The position numbers and the translations under genes are program-made. This document shows positions 1 through 12,500 of a DNA stretch of 64,000 bases, one piece after another. Position 1 is the stretch's first letter. Each line of letters begins with the position of its first letter. The stretch covers positions 56,918,001 to 56,982,000 of the forward strand of contig CM059432.1 in assembly GCA_030390025.1 (NCBI GenBank), written 5' to 3'. This stretch comes from Squalus acanthias (Eukaryota). The notes beneath the pieces are model-generated. The model saw only the letters and a program-made list of their open reading frames with translations, was not told the origin of the DNA and did no database searches.

Positions 1-2199
1 ACAGGGAACTATGATGGTATGAGGCGCGAGTTGGCTAGGATGGATTGGGGAGCGTTACTTAAAGGGTTGATGGTGGATAGGCAATGGCAAACATTTAAAG
101 ATCGCATGGATGAACTACAGAATTTGTTCATCCCTGTTTGGCATAAAAATGAAACAAAAAAGCTGACTCGACCGTGGCTAACAAGGGAAATTAGGGATAG
201 CATAAGATCCAAGGAGAGGACATATAAATTGGCCAGAAAAAGCAGCAAACCTGAGGATTGGGAGCAGTTTAGGATTCAGCAAAGGAGGACAAAGGGATTA
301 ATTAAGAGGGGGGAAATAGAATATGAGAGTAAGCTTTCAGGGAACATAAAAACTGACTATAAAAGCTTCTATAGATATGTGTAGAGAAAAAGATTGGTGA
401 AGTCAAGCGTAGGTCCCTTGCAGTCAGAATCAGGGGAATTTATAATGGGGAATAAAGAAATGGCAGGCCAATTAAATACATACTTTGTTGTGTCTTCACA
501 AAGGAGGAGACAAATAACCTCCCAGAGATGTTGGGGAACATAGGGTCTAATGAGAGGGAGGAATTGAATGAAATCAGTATTTGTAGGGAAATGGTGTTAG
601 GGAAATTGACGGGATTGAAGGCCGATAAATCCCCAGGGCTTGATAATCTACATCCTAGGGTACTTAAGGAAGTGGCCCTAGAAATAGTAGATGCATTGCT
701 GGTCATCTTCCAAAGTCTATAGACTCTGGAACAGTTCCCATGGATTGGAGGGTAGCTAATGTAACCCCACTATTCAAAAAAGGTGGTAGAGAGAAAACGG
801 GGAATTATAGCCTGACATCGATAGTGGGGAAAATGCTAGAGTCCATTATAAAAGATGCAATAGCAGAGCACTTGGAAAACAGTGACAGGATCGGACAAAG
901 TCAACATGGATTTACAAAAGGTAAATCATGCTTGACTAATCTACTGGAATTTTTTGAGGATGTAACTGGTAGAATAGGTAAGGGAGAAACAGTGGATGTG
1001 GTGTATTTGGACTTTCAGAAGGCTTTCGATAAGGTCCCGCATAAGAGATTAGCGTGCAAAGTTAAAGCACATGGAATTGGGGGTAAGGTACTGACTTGGA
1101 TAGAGAACTGGTTGGCAGACAGGAAGCAAAGAGTTGGAATAAATGGGTCTTTTTCCGAGTGGCAGGCAGTGACTAGTGGGGTACCGCAGGGATCGGTGCT
1201 AGGGACCCCAGCTATTCACAATATATATTAATGATCTAGACGAGGGAACTAGATGTAATATCTCCAAGTTTGCAGACAACACAAAGCTGGGTGGGCGTGT
1301 GTGCTGAGAGGAGGATGCAGAGAAACTCCAGTATGATTTGGACAGGTTGGGTGATTGGGCAGATGCATGGCAGATGCAGTATAATGTAGATAAATGCGAG
1401 GTTATCCACTTTGGTGGCAAAAACAGGAAGACAGATTATTATCTGAACGGCAATAGATTGGGAAAAGGGGAAGTGCAACGAGACCTGGGTGTCTTGTGCA
1501 CCAGTCGCTGAAGGTAAGTATGCAGGTGCAACAGGCGGTTAAGAAGGCAAATGGTATGTTAGCCTTCATAGCGAGAGGATTCGAGTACAGGAGCAAGGAT
1601 GTCTTGCTGCAGTTGTACAGGGCCTTGGTGAGACCACACCTTGAGTATTGTGTGCAGTTTTGGTCGCCTTATCTGAGAAAGTATATTCTTGCCATGAGGG
1701 AGTGCAGCGAAGATTCACCAGACTGATACCTGGGATGGCAGGAATGACGTATGAAGAGAGATTGGGTCGATTAGGCTTATATTCGCAAGAGTTTAGAAGA
1801 ATGAGAGGGGATCTCATTGAAACTTATAAAATTCTAACAGGACTAGACAGACTAGATGCAGGAAGGATGTTCCTGATGGCGGAGGAGTCCAGAACCAGAG
1901 GTCACAGTCTAAGGATAAGGGGTAAGCCATTTAGGACTGAGATGAGGAGGAATTTCTTCACCCAGAGAGTGGTGAACCTGTGGAATTCTCTACCATAGAA
2001 GGCAGTTGAGGCCTATTCATTAAATATATTCAAGAAGGAGATAGATATATTTCTTAAGGCTAAAGGGATGAAGGGATCTGGGGAGAAAGCAGGGACAGGG
2101 TACTGAATTTGGATGATCAGCCATGATCGCATTGAATGGCGGAGCAGGCTCGAGGGGCCGAATGGCCTACTCCTGCTCCTATCTGCTATGTTTCTATGT
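1..2199 (+). mobile_element. CR1 LINE, 3' part of ORF2 (RT) plus 3' UTR, frameshifted; starts outside the window
   Basis: ORF fragments with CR1 RT motifs ([61 protein letters not shown]); 3' end GGCCGAATGGCC..CTATGTTTCTATGT; closely similar to 36248-38541. Confidence 0.95.
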
Positions 2200-4363
2200 A
2201 AACCAGGTTAATAAATTGGAGAAAAGCTGCTTTTGAGGGGTTGAGCATAGAACTTGGGGAAAATAAAATGGGCAACAATATTGGCAAACAACGATGTAGA
2301 ACAGCAATGGGAAACATTTAAAACGGTGTTCAACAGAGTGCAGGAACCATATATTCCGCTAAAAGGAAAGAACAAACTAAACACTAATGAGACTCCATTG
2401 ATGAATAAAGCCATAAGGGAACAATTGAGGGTAAGGAAAAAGGCATACATTAAGTACATAGACAGCAGGGGAGTGCATGATAAGGGAGCATATGAAGAGA
2501 TTAGGAGAGAAGTCAAAAAAAACAATTAGGAAGGCAAAGAGGAACTATGAAATTAAATTATCAAGGAACGTAAAACAAAATAGTGAAATTTTTTACAGGC
2601 ACATCAATAAAAAAGGAAGGTTGGGATGGGAATAGGGCCATTAAGGGGTAGACAGGATAATACCACAGGCAACAATAGAGATATGGCAGAAATATTAAAT
2701 GTTATTTTGCGTCAGTATTTACCAGGGAGATAGAACAGGTGAACATGACATTGGATGATGAGATAAGTGCATTTAAAATAAGAAAAGGGAATATATCAAA
2801 TAAACTAATCAAACTCAAAGAGGATAAAACCCTTGGTCTGGATGGATTGCATCCACGCATTTTAAAAGAATCTAGGAAAAAGATAGCAGAGGCATTACTG
2901 CACATATTTAATAATTCGTTAGAAAAAGGTGTAGTGCCAGGAGACTGGCGGAGAGTTAACGTAATACCTATATTCAAGAAGGGGGATAGAACATGTCCAG
3001 GGAATTATAGACCAGTCAGCTTAACATCGGTTGTTGGAAAAATATTGGAACCCCTACTAAAGGAGAAAATAGAACAACATCTAGAAACCAAAAATATAAT
3101 AATGAATAGTCAGCATGAATTTCAAAAGGGAAAGTCTTGCTTGACCAACCTCATTGAATTTTTTTGAAGAGGTAACAGAGAGAGTAGACAATGGTAATGC
3201 AGTAGATGTAATTTATCTATATTTTCAAAAGGCCTTTGATAAGGTACCCCATAATAGACTGATGAACAAGGTCAGAGAATACGGAGTCAGGGGGCAAGTA
3301 GCAGAATGGATAGTTAGCTGGCTTCAAGACAGAAAGCAGAGAGTAGGGGTAAAGGGTAGCTATTCAGAGTAGCAGAAGGTGGGTAGTGGTGACCACTGTT
3401 GTTCACAATTTACAACGATTTAGACTTTGGAATCAAAAACACAATTTCTAAATTTGTGGATGACATCAAATTGCCGGGGGGGATAGTCAATACTGAGGAG
3501 GACTGCAACAAATTACAGGAGGACATTAATAAACTTGCAGAATGGGCATATAATTGGCAAATGAAGTTCAACACAGATAAATGTGAGGCATTAGATTTTG
3601 GTCGGAAGAATAGGGAGGTCACTTATTACTTGGAGGGTGCGAGTCTAGGTGGGGTCGAGGGACAAAGGGATCTCGGAGTGCAAATACACAAATCACTAAA
3701 AGTTGTGACACAGGTTAGCAAGGCCATAAAAAAAGCAAACCAAGCACTAGGGTTTATTTCTAGCGGGATAGAATTGAAAAGTAGGGAAGTTATGTTAAAC
3801 CTGTATCGAACCTTGGTTAGACCACACTTAGAGTACTGCGTGCAGTTCTGGACGCCATATTATAGGAGGGAGGTGGAGGCACTGGAGAGGGTGCAGCGAA
3901 GATTTACAAGGATGATACCAGAAATGCAAGGATATACATATTAGGAAAGGATGAACAGACTGGGTCTCTTTTCTCTTGAAAAAAGAAGGCTGAGGGGTGA
4001 CCGAATAGAGATCTTTAAAATTATGAAAGGGTTTGATAGAGTGGATACAGAGAGAATGTTTCCACTTGTGGGGAAGAGCATATCTAGAGGCCATCAATAT
4101 AAGATAGTCACCAAGAAATCCAATAGGGAATTGAGAAGAAACTTCTTTACCCAAAGAGTGGTGAGAATGTGGAACTCGCTACCACAGGGAGTGGTTGAAG
4201 CGAACAGTATAGATGCATTTAAGGGGAGGCTACACAAGCATATGAGGGAGAAAGGAATAGAGGGTTATGCTGATAGATTTAGATGAGGAAAGACGGGAGC
4301 AGAAACGCCGGCATGGACTGGTTGGGCCGAATGGCCTGTTTCTGTGCCGTATATCCTATGTAA
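2200..4363 (+). mobile_element. CR1 LINE of a second subfamily, decayed ORF2 plus 3' tail
   Basis: ORFs 2739-3167, 3154-3372, 3399-3944 and 3951-4286 carry RT motifs ([28 protein letters not shown]); tail GGCCGAATGGCC..ATCCTATGTAAT. Confidence 0.93.
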
Positions 4364-4610
4364 TGGATGTCTCTTTTTGGTTCATTTGTTTAGAATTCTG
4401 ACCCATGTTTTTGTGCCAGTGATGGGACACTTCATACATGCAAATCCTCATGCACGTGATTTTATTTATCGCTATCTTGACCCTGGTTAAATTCAGAGTT
4501 CAACTAATATAGTGCCAAAGCAAAATGCTGCAGATGCTGGAAATCTGAAATACAAACATAAAGTGGATAATACTCAGCAGGTCAGGCAGCATCTGTGGAG
4601 AGAGAAACAG

Positions 4611-4647
4611 AATTAACGTTTCAGGTCGATGACCTTTCATCAGAACT
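4611..4647 (-). ncRNA. minimal hammerhead ribozyme motif (PLE family A), intact core
   Basis: Minus strand AGUU-CUGAUGA-A-AGGUC-AUC-GACCU-GAAA-CGUU-AAUU. Confidence 0.75.
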
Positions 4648-4900
4648 GGAAAAAGTTAGAGGTGTAACGGGTTTTAAGCAAGTACAGGGGCAGGGAAAGG
4701 GAGGTGCGGGGGATGAAAGAACAAAAGGGAAGGTCTGTGATAGGGTGGAAGACAGGAGGGATTAAATGACAAATGACCTTAATCTCTCCTGCTTTCCACG
4801 CTATCACAGACCTTCCTTTTTGTTCTTTCCTCCCCGCACCACCCCCCTTTCCCTGCCTCTGTGCTTGCTTAAAACCCGTTACATCTCTAACTTTTTGCCT

Positions 4901-4935
4901 GTTCTGACAAAAGGTTATCGACCTGAAACGTTAAC
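4901..4935 (+). ncRNA. minimal hammerhead motif with mutated core (CUGACAA)
   Basis: GUU-CUGACAA-A-AGGUU-AUC-GACCU-GAAA-CGUU-AAC; G8 lost, consistent with CpG decay. Confidence 0.6.
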
Positions 4936-5199
4936 TTTCTTTCTCTCTCCACAGATGCTGCCTGACCTACTGAGTATTTCCAGCATTTTCTGTTTTTATT
5001 TAGTATTATAGTGCTGTGGAGAAACGGTAACGTGCGCCTGAAATTTCTCCAAGCTGTTTTTGTTACACTTTTAACTCCTTCAGAACTACAAGAGCATTAT
5101 TGTACCAAATGTGAAGAAAAATTCCTAGATTGAGGTAGAAATGCTGAATGCCGACATCAGCACTCCTCTTCAATGTGGATTTAAGATGAAATGATTGGG

Positions 5200-5530
5200 T
5201 CTTGCTGAGTGCTTCAGCTGACAAGTTCACCATCCAGTGTGGAGCTGTACCATGCAAATTGGAACGTCACAGGTGTATGCTGAGTTCATTGATGTCATCC
5301 AGGGTGGTGATAGAAGATCTGCAATTAATCTCGGAGATCCTGGGCTAAAGGTGACATAATTCAGCTGCAATGATAATTTGTGTGAGATGACCTTGGGTAA
5401 GGCCCAGATTCATTTCAGTTGGTAAATAGCCTACTGATCAAATAACCTATCAACACTTGAATGAGGTACTGGAGGAACTGTTCCTGAGTATTGTCAGTCC
5501 CTTATGGGCAGGAGGGAAAAATTGGAGGAG
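5200..5530 (+). mobile_element. old degenerate tRNA-derived SINE
   Basis: Resembles by recall a shark SINE body (..GCTGAGTT..GATnTCA.CCAGGG..CCTGGGCTA..GGAGGGAAAAATTGG); weakly similar to the reverse complement of 56680-56990. Confidence 0.4.
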
Positions 5531-7451
5531 TTTTTTTTTAATGTTATTGAAAGCGATATACCACCTTCCCAGTAGCTCTTTTATTGTTTTGATAAGATGA
5601 AAAGTTTGAATTATTCCCTATTCATCACACCTTACAATACATTATTTTCAGTCAGTGCTGAATTCAGGTGATTGCTGGACTTAGTGCCTTAGAAATTCCA
5701 TATCACTGCTTATTTTTTCACTGTCATAGCACTCTTAAAATGAACACATGAAACATTTAGTAGCCAGATTTGTAGTATTTCTGAAGTCATTGATCAGAGG
5801 GTTGAAAAAAAATGAAATAACTTGCGGAACTTTAAATTGAATATTCCATTGTAGAAATTGTCATATACTAGGGAAAATCTTATTAATAATGTTAATGGTG
5901 TGTTCAGTGAATTTTCCTAATTGTATTCATGAACTCAGATTAATTAATCTAAATAGTTCTTAACGAAAAATCACTCCAGATTCTCCTTATAGCTTGTCAT
6001 CCAATAGAAAATATTAATGGATAGCCCAAGGGTTAATGAATCCAACATACCATAGCATGGATGACTGTTTGCACCTGCATTAAGCTGCACAGTGATTTAC
6101 TATTTATCTCCTTGTTGTCAGGATAGGCATTTCCCCAGGGAGAGAAAGGAGGTACCAAGTCATCTCACTCCTGATCACAAACTAGGCAAAGGGCACAGGC
6201 TTGAAAAAAGGATTCCTGGCTGCTGTTTTGATTGGTAATAGGTAGTGATATAGAATTACTGACTCACTCGCTGATTTTTTTTTTGTCCCTTCCTCGCTGT
6301 AGAAAAACACATCATTTGTGCCTGGTACCTACCCTAGATAGTGAAGCCACAATCCGGGACTCCTAATACAAGCACCCTTTCCATTAACTTCCACATTGGC
6401 ACACCAATGCACTGAGCCACTGAACAAACAATTTTATTTCATTATTTCAACAGAAGGACATTCACGCATCCTGTCGTCATTTTTAGGGTAAGTCCCGTCA
6501 GCTGTGTGCAGTAGAATGATGGCTGCACTTGACACTGAACATTGCATTAGACAAGGGTGCTCTTTGGCACAAGTCTGTTGCACCATGGAGCTATGTAAAC
6601 TATATGGAGATTAGGTCACCACTGTGGATGAAATGTGGTATTAGCTAAGATGGAAAGGCTGAGAAAGGTGTGATACAGTTTCGTTCTCTAGGACTTTGTG
6701 CAAAATGTTGAAAACTTACCACGTATCGATGTTCCCCCTCATCTGAATAATTTTTTGCTATTTATGAATGTTCACGTATGAATAAATGTATTATTTAAAG
6801 CTCTCACAATGAGCAAGTTTATTGTGTCCTTTATATTTTACGAAGGAAAATTTGTTTACCATAGTGTTTGGTAATGGTTTTCTAAGTAGGAAATAATGCC
6901 AAGAAAAATTTGCAAGAAGTATCTGTGAAGGTGGGTACATTGCTAGAAGCAGATCTAAGTCCAGAGGCTAAGTTAACCCATGGTGCTCCTGATAACTAGT
7001 TTGTGTGGTTTGATCACAGATGACCGATTTAACTTATTGGAAGAGAATGTTTTGGAGGAAGGAAGGCCTTACCTAATGAAACCAAGTTACTTGGCAGAAT
7101 GGAGGTGCAGATGCTGATTTCAAAAAAGGCAATAGCAGGAAATTAGCATTTGAAGTATAAACACACTACTTTCTGTGATCCGTAAAAATAAATCCACATT
7201 CTTATTCCCCTTTAAATGTTGAATTTGCTTTTCAGTTTTTATTTTTGACTTGGTCCTTAAAGGCTGGACTTTGTGCTATATCAGCTGAGGAGAACAGGAC
7301 TATTATTATAAACAGGCATCTGTGTTTGTAGCTCAGATGTAATTCCCCTTTTTGTTTGATTTCCGTTGACTTCATTTTGTGTCTATTAGCCTTTCCTTTC
7401 ATGGAACAGAATATAGATTTAAAGAGGAAACCTCCAAGCTGGTATTAACTA

Positions 7452-7615
7452 TGATGCAGAGATGCCGGTGTTGGACTGGGGTGGACAAAAATGAGAAGTC
7501 GCACAACACCAGGTTATAGTCCAACAGATTTATTTAAAATTACTTTTAATTAATTAAAATTAATTTTAAATAAATCTGTTGGACTATAACCTGGTGTTGT
7601 GCGACTTCTCATTTT
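7452..7615. mobile_element. Penelope-like family B miniature: near-perfect 130-bp palindrome of the pLTR end
   Basis: Arms 7487-7542 and 7561-7616 are exact reverse complements and the centre is also palindromic; 12-bp TSD TGGTATTAACTA at 7440-7451 and 7616-7627; matches 14125-14160 and 51875-51955. Confidence 0.9.
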
Positions 7616-8569
7616 TGGTATTAACTACACATGCATATCCAATTCCAAGCATGGTGCTGATGCCAGCAAATTGCATGTAACCTAACTAGACTTTCACCAT
7701 TGTGCTTTCCCATGATAAAGTATTACAGGAAGTTCCACTTGGAAGTTTTTCCTGTACAGGAGATGATCTGTGGATTATTTTTTCTATTTTAAAATTGCTT
7801 TACATGCATAAATTGAAAACAAACTCATTTAAGGTAGGAGGAGGTAAGATGGAGAGCAATTGCAGCAAGTACCAAATTGTCACAGGAGATGCTTACGGTA
7901 GGCATCTTCATGTCTCCAGCTACACCCATTATGTCCAATTTCATGTTCCCAATGTTCTTTATGTCCAGCCTCATCATCTGGTGTATTTTTTTTCTACAAC
8001 GAAAACAATGGGGAAAACTATTGTATTTCAATAGGTGATCAGATCAGAGGTAGGTCCCAAGCATGCTTAGGATTATAATTCCAAAGTGGTTTCACTATGG
8101 GGCCTACAAGGGAACACATTTGTTCTGTGATATGTAACGCGACGTTCCTCAGGCCTTAAAAGAGTTAACATAATCCAAAAGTTTGAAGACATATCATGGT
8201 TGCTAGTATTGCAGATTCTCATGTAAAAAGATTGATTTCTTCAGAAATGCTATTAATAGAAATGCATTCCACATTTTTCATTAATCATTATTTGTTCTAT
8301 ACAGTATTTCTTTTCATAATTTTCTGCTGGAAATGTGCTTTTATTTGCAGCCAATTGTCTCACCTAAGTCACTTCTCAAATGATTTGGAGGAATAATTAT
8401 CACCAGGTCCAGTGCTGTGGTACTTGAGCTATCAGTACATCTACAGTTGTCATTTTAGTTACATAATTAGATGTAACTAGCTAAGACTGACTAGCTGATC
8501 ACCATGCGATTAAATGGAGGAAGTAGCAGCAAGTTGACACTAACTCTGGCTCATTTGGTTGCTTAACTA

Positions 8570-9370
8570 GGTTAGTACCTCATTCTTAGATATGCCTAGT
8601 GTTGCTCCTCGCATGCCCTTCTATACTCCTTGTGGAACAAGGGTTGGTCTCCTGTCTTGATGGTGATCAAACAGTGACAGATGTGCTATCTATGCAGTTA
8701 CAGATTATGGTGGTATACAATTCTGTTACTGATAATGGCCTATAGTACCAGATGGATAGTTAGGCTCCTAGATCTGTTCTTAGTCTGTCCCATTTAGCAT
8801 GGTGGTAGAGCTACGTTGCACAATGGAGGATGCCTTCATGGTGGAGACAAGAATTTGTCTTCACGGGGCCTATGCAGTGGTCACTTCTATCAATGTTATC
8901 ATGGTCAGATGCGTCTGCAACAGTTAGGTTGCTGAGGACGAAATCAAATGGGTTACTTCCTCAAGTTGACTCCCTCAGCAGCTGATGTTGGCCCAATCTG
9001 GCAGCTATGCCCTTTACAATTCGGCCAGCTCAGTCAGTGGTGGCATTATAGAGCCGCTCTTGGTGGTAGACGTTGAAGTTATCCACCCAGATTACATTCT
9101 GCGTGCTTGCTTCCCTCAGAACTTTCTCTAAGTGATATTAAGCATGGAGAAACACTGATTTGTCAGTTGAGGGGCAAGGTACGGGGTGATCAGCAGGAGG
9201 TTTCTTTCACCTTGTCTGACCTTGAAACCATGAGACTTCAAAGTCCATAGACAATGCTGAGGACTCGCAAGTCCTCTATCACTGTGCCCCCATCTAGGTG
9301 GGTCTGTTCAGCTAGTGGGACAGGATATACCGAGAATGGTGATGGAGCAGTCTGGGATGTTGGCTGATTG
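8570..9370 (-). mobile_element. older diverged fragment (EN region) of the tRNA-headed LINE family
   Basis: Reverse complement aligns by eye with 9960-10760, e.g. GGGACAGGATATACC..ATGGTGATGGAG and CAGCAGGAGGTTTC. Confidence 0.8.
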
Positions 9371-9446
9371 GTTATATTGCTTTCGACCAATTGAATTTCG
9401 TAATTTTGTTTTTCTTCCCCAAAAAAGCAAAATGTTTCACGATACC

Positions 9447-9535
9447 GGGAACAGTAGCATAGTGGTTATGTTACTGGGCTAGTAATCCAGAAGCCTGGAC
9501 TAATGATCCAGAGACGTGAGTTCAAATCCCACCAT
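9447..9535 (+). promoter_or_regulatory. tRNA-derived Pol III type-2 internal promoter at the LINE 5' end
   Basis: A box TAGCATAGTGG 9455-9465; B box GAGTTCAAATCC 9518-9529; duplicated anticodon-arm-like segment between them (CTGGGCTAGTAATCCAG / CTGGACTAATGATCCAG). Confidence 0.8.
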
Positions 9536-12500
9536 GGCAGCTGGGGAATTTAAATTCAGTTAATTAAATAAATCTGGAATAAAAAGCTGGTATCAGTAAT
9601 GGTGACCATGAAACTGTTGGATTGTCATAAAAAACCCATCTGGTTTGCTAATGCCCTTTAGGGAAGGAAATCCGCCATCCTTACCTGGTCTGGCCTATTT
9701 GATTCTTAACTGCCCTCCGAAATGGCCTAGCAAGCCACTCAGTTGTAACAAACCGCTACGAGAAACAATAATAAGAATAAAACCGGACGGACCACCCAGC
9801 ATCAACCTAGTCACCGGCTTCGGACAAGACACACCCAGCCCAGTCGACCCTGCAAAGTCCTCCTCACTAACATCTGGGGATTGTGCCAAAATTGGGAGAG
9901 TTGTCCCACAGACTAGTCAAGTAACAGCCTGACATAGTCATACTCACAGAATCATACCCTTCAGCCAATGTCCCAGACTCCTTCATCACCATCCCTGGAT
10001 AAGTCCTGTCCCACCAGCAGGACAGACCCACCAGAAGTGGCAGCACAGTGGCATACAGTCGGGGGGAAGTGGCCCTGGGAGTCATCAACATTGACTCCGG
10101 ACGCCATGAAGTCTCATGGCTTCAGGTCAAGCATGGGCAAGGAAACGTCCTGCTGATTACCACCTACAACCCTCCCTCAGCTGATGAATCAGTACTCCTC
10201 CATGCTGAACACCACTTGGAAGAAGCACTGAGGGTAGCAAGGGCACAGAATGTACTCTGGGTGGGGGACTTCAATGTCCATCACCAAGAGTGGCTTGGTA
10301 GCACCACTACTGACCGAGCTGGCCGAGTCCTGAAGGACATAGCTGCCAGACTGGGCCTACGACACGAGGGAAAAACCTACTTGACCTCGTCCTCACCAAT
10401 TTACCTGTCGCAGATGCATCTGTCAATACAGCATTGGTAGCAGTGACCACCGCACAGTCCTTGTGAAGACCAAGTCCCATCTTCACACTGAGGACATGCT
10501 CCATTGTGTTGTGTGGCACTATCACCGTGCTAAATGGGGTAGATTCAGAACAGATCTCGCAGCTTAAAACTGGGCATCCATGAGGCGCTATGGGCCATCA
10601 GCAGCAGCAGAATTGTATTCCACCACAATCTGTAACCTCATGGCCCGGCATATCCCTCACTCTGCCATTACCATCAAGCCAGGGGACCAACCCTGGTTCA
10701 ATGAGGAGTACAGAAGAGGATGCCAGGAGCAGCACCAGACGTACCTAAAATGAGGTGCCAACCTGGGGAAGCTGCAACACAGCACTACATGCACGCTAAA
10801 CAGTGGAAGCAGCATGCTATAGACAGAGCTAAGCGATCCCACAATCAACGGATCAGACCAAAGCTCTGCAGTCCTGCCATATCCAGTCGTGAATAGTGGT
10901 GGAGAATTAAGCAGCTAACGGGAGGAGGAGGTTCCATGAAAATTCCCATCCTCAATAATGGCGGGGCCCAGCACGTGAGTGCAAAACACAAGGCTGAAGC
11001 GTTTGCAACCACCTTCAGTCAGAAGTGCCGAGTGGATGAGTGGAGGTTCTCCTGAGATCCCCACCATCACAAAAGCCAGTCTTCAGCAAATTCGATTCAC
11101 TTCACGTGATATCAAGAAACAGCTGAGTGCACTGGATACAGCAAAGGCCAGGTGTCGTGCTGAATACTTGTGCTCCAGAACTAGTCGCGCCTCTAGCCAA
11201 GCTGTTCAGTCTAGCTACAACACTGGCATCTACCCGACAATGTGGAAAACTGCCCAGGTATGTCCTGTCCACAAAAAGGAGGACAAATCCAATCTGGCCA
11301 ATTACCGCCCATTGGTCTACTCTCAATCATCACCAAAGTGATGGATGGTATCATCGACAGTGCTATCAAGCGGCACTTACTCACCAATAATCTGCTCACC
11401 GATGCTCAGTTTGGGTTCCGCCAGGACCACACGGCTCCAGACCCCATTACAGCCTTGGTCCAGACCTCATTATAGCCTTGGTCCAAACATGGACAAAAGA
11501 GCTGAATTCCAGAGGTGAGGTGAGAGTGACTGCCCTTGACATCAAAGCAGCATTTAACCGAGTGTGGCATCAAGGAGCTCTAGTAAAATTGAAGTCAATA
11601 GAAATCAGGGGAAAACTCTCCACTGGCTGGAGTCATACCTAGCACAAAGGAAGATGGTTGCGGTTGTTGGAGGTCAATCATCTCAGCCCCAGGACATCAC
11701 TGCAGGAGTTCCTCAGGGCAGTGTCCTAGGCACAACAATCTGCAGCTGCTTCATCAATGGTCTTCCCTCCATCATATGGTCAGAAGTGGGGATGTTCGCT
11801 GATGATTGCAGAGTGTTCAATTCTATTCGCAACTCCTCAGAAAATGAAGCAGTCCATTCCCGCATGCAGCAAGATCTGGGCGACATTTAGGCTTTATTCG
11901 TGCCACACAAGTGCCAGGCAATATCTATCTCCAACAAGCGAGTGTCTAATCACCTCCCCTTGACATTCAACGGCATTACCATCGCCGAATCCCCCATCAT
12001 CAACATCCTGGGGGTCACCATTGACCAGAAACATAACTGGACCAGCCACATAAATACTGTGGCAACAAGAGCCGGTCAGAGGCTGGGTATTCTGCGGCGA
12101 GTGACTCACCACCTGACTCCCCAAAGCCTTTCCACCATCTACAAGGCACAAGTCAGGAGTGTGATGGAATACTCCCCACTTGCCTGGATGAGTGCAGCTC
12201 CAACAACACGCAAGAAGCTCGATACCATCCAACACAAAGCAGCCCGCTTGATTGGCACCCCATCCACCACCTTAAGCATTCACTATCTCCACCACCGGCG
12301 CACCGTGGCTGCAGTATGTACCATCTGCAAGATGCACTGCAGCAACTTGCCAAGGCTTCTTCGGCAGCACCTCCCAAACCCGTGACCTCTACCACCTAGA
12401 AGGACAAGGGCAGCAGGCGCATGGGAAGACAATCACCTGCAAGTGCCCCTCCAAGTCACACACCATCCTAACTTAGAAATGTATCGACGTTCCTTCATCG

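Larger units (their letters stand above)
4516..5003. mobile_element. Penelope-like element family A: two inverted pseudo-LTR copies forming a long hairpin
   Basis: 4548-4765 is an imperfect reverse complement of 4779-5001; TSD TATAGTGC at 4508-4515 and 5007-5014; homologous to the pLTR downstream of the GIY-YIG C-terminus at 16330-16706. Confidence 0.85.

Noticed and set aside
9447..9535. Functional tRNA gene
   Set aside because: Duplicated arm, no proper acceptor stem or terminator, and fused to a LINE leader.
11443..11490. Small tandem duplications (24 bp here, 23 bp at ~13790, ~46 bp at ~43226)
   Set aside because: Ordinary local slippage events.
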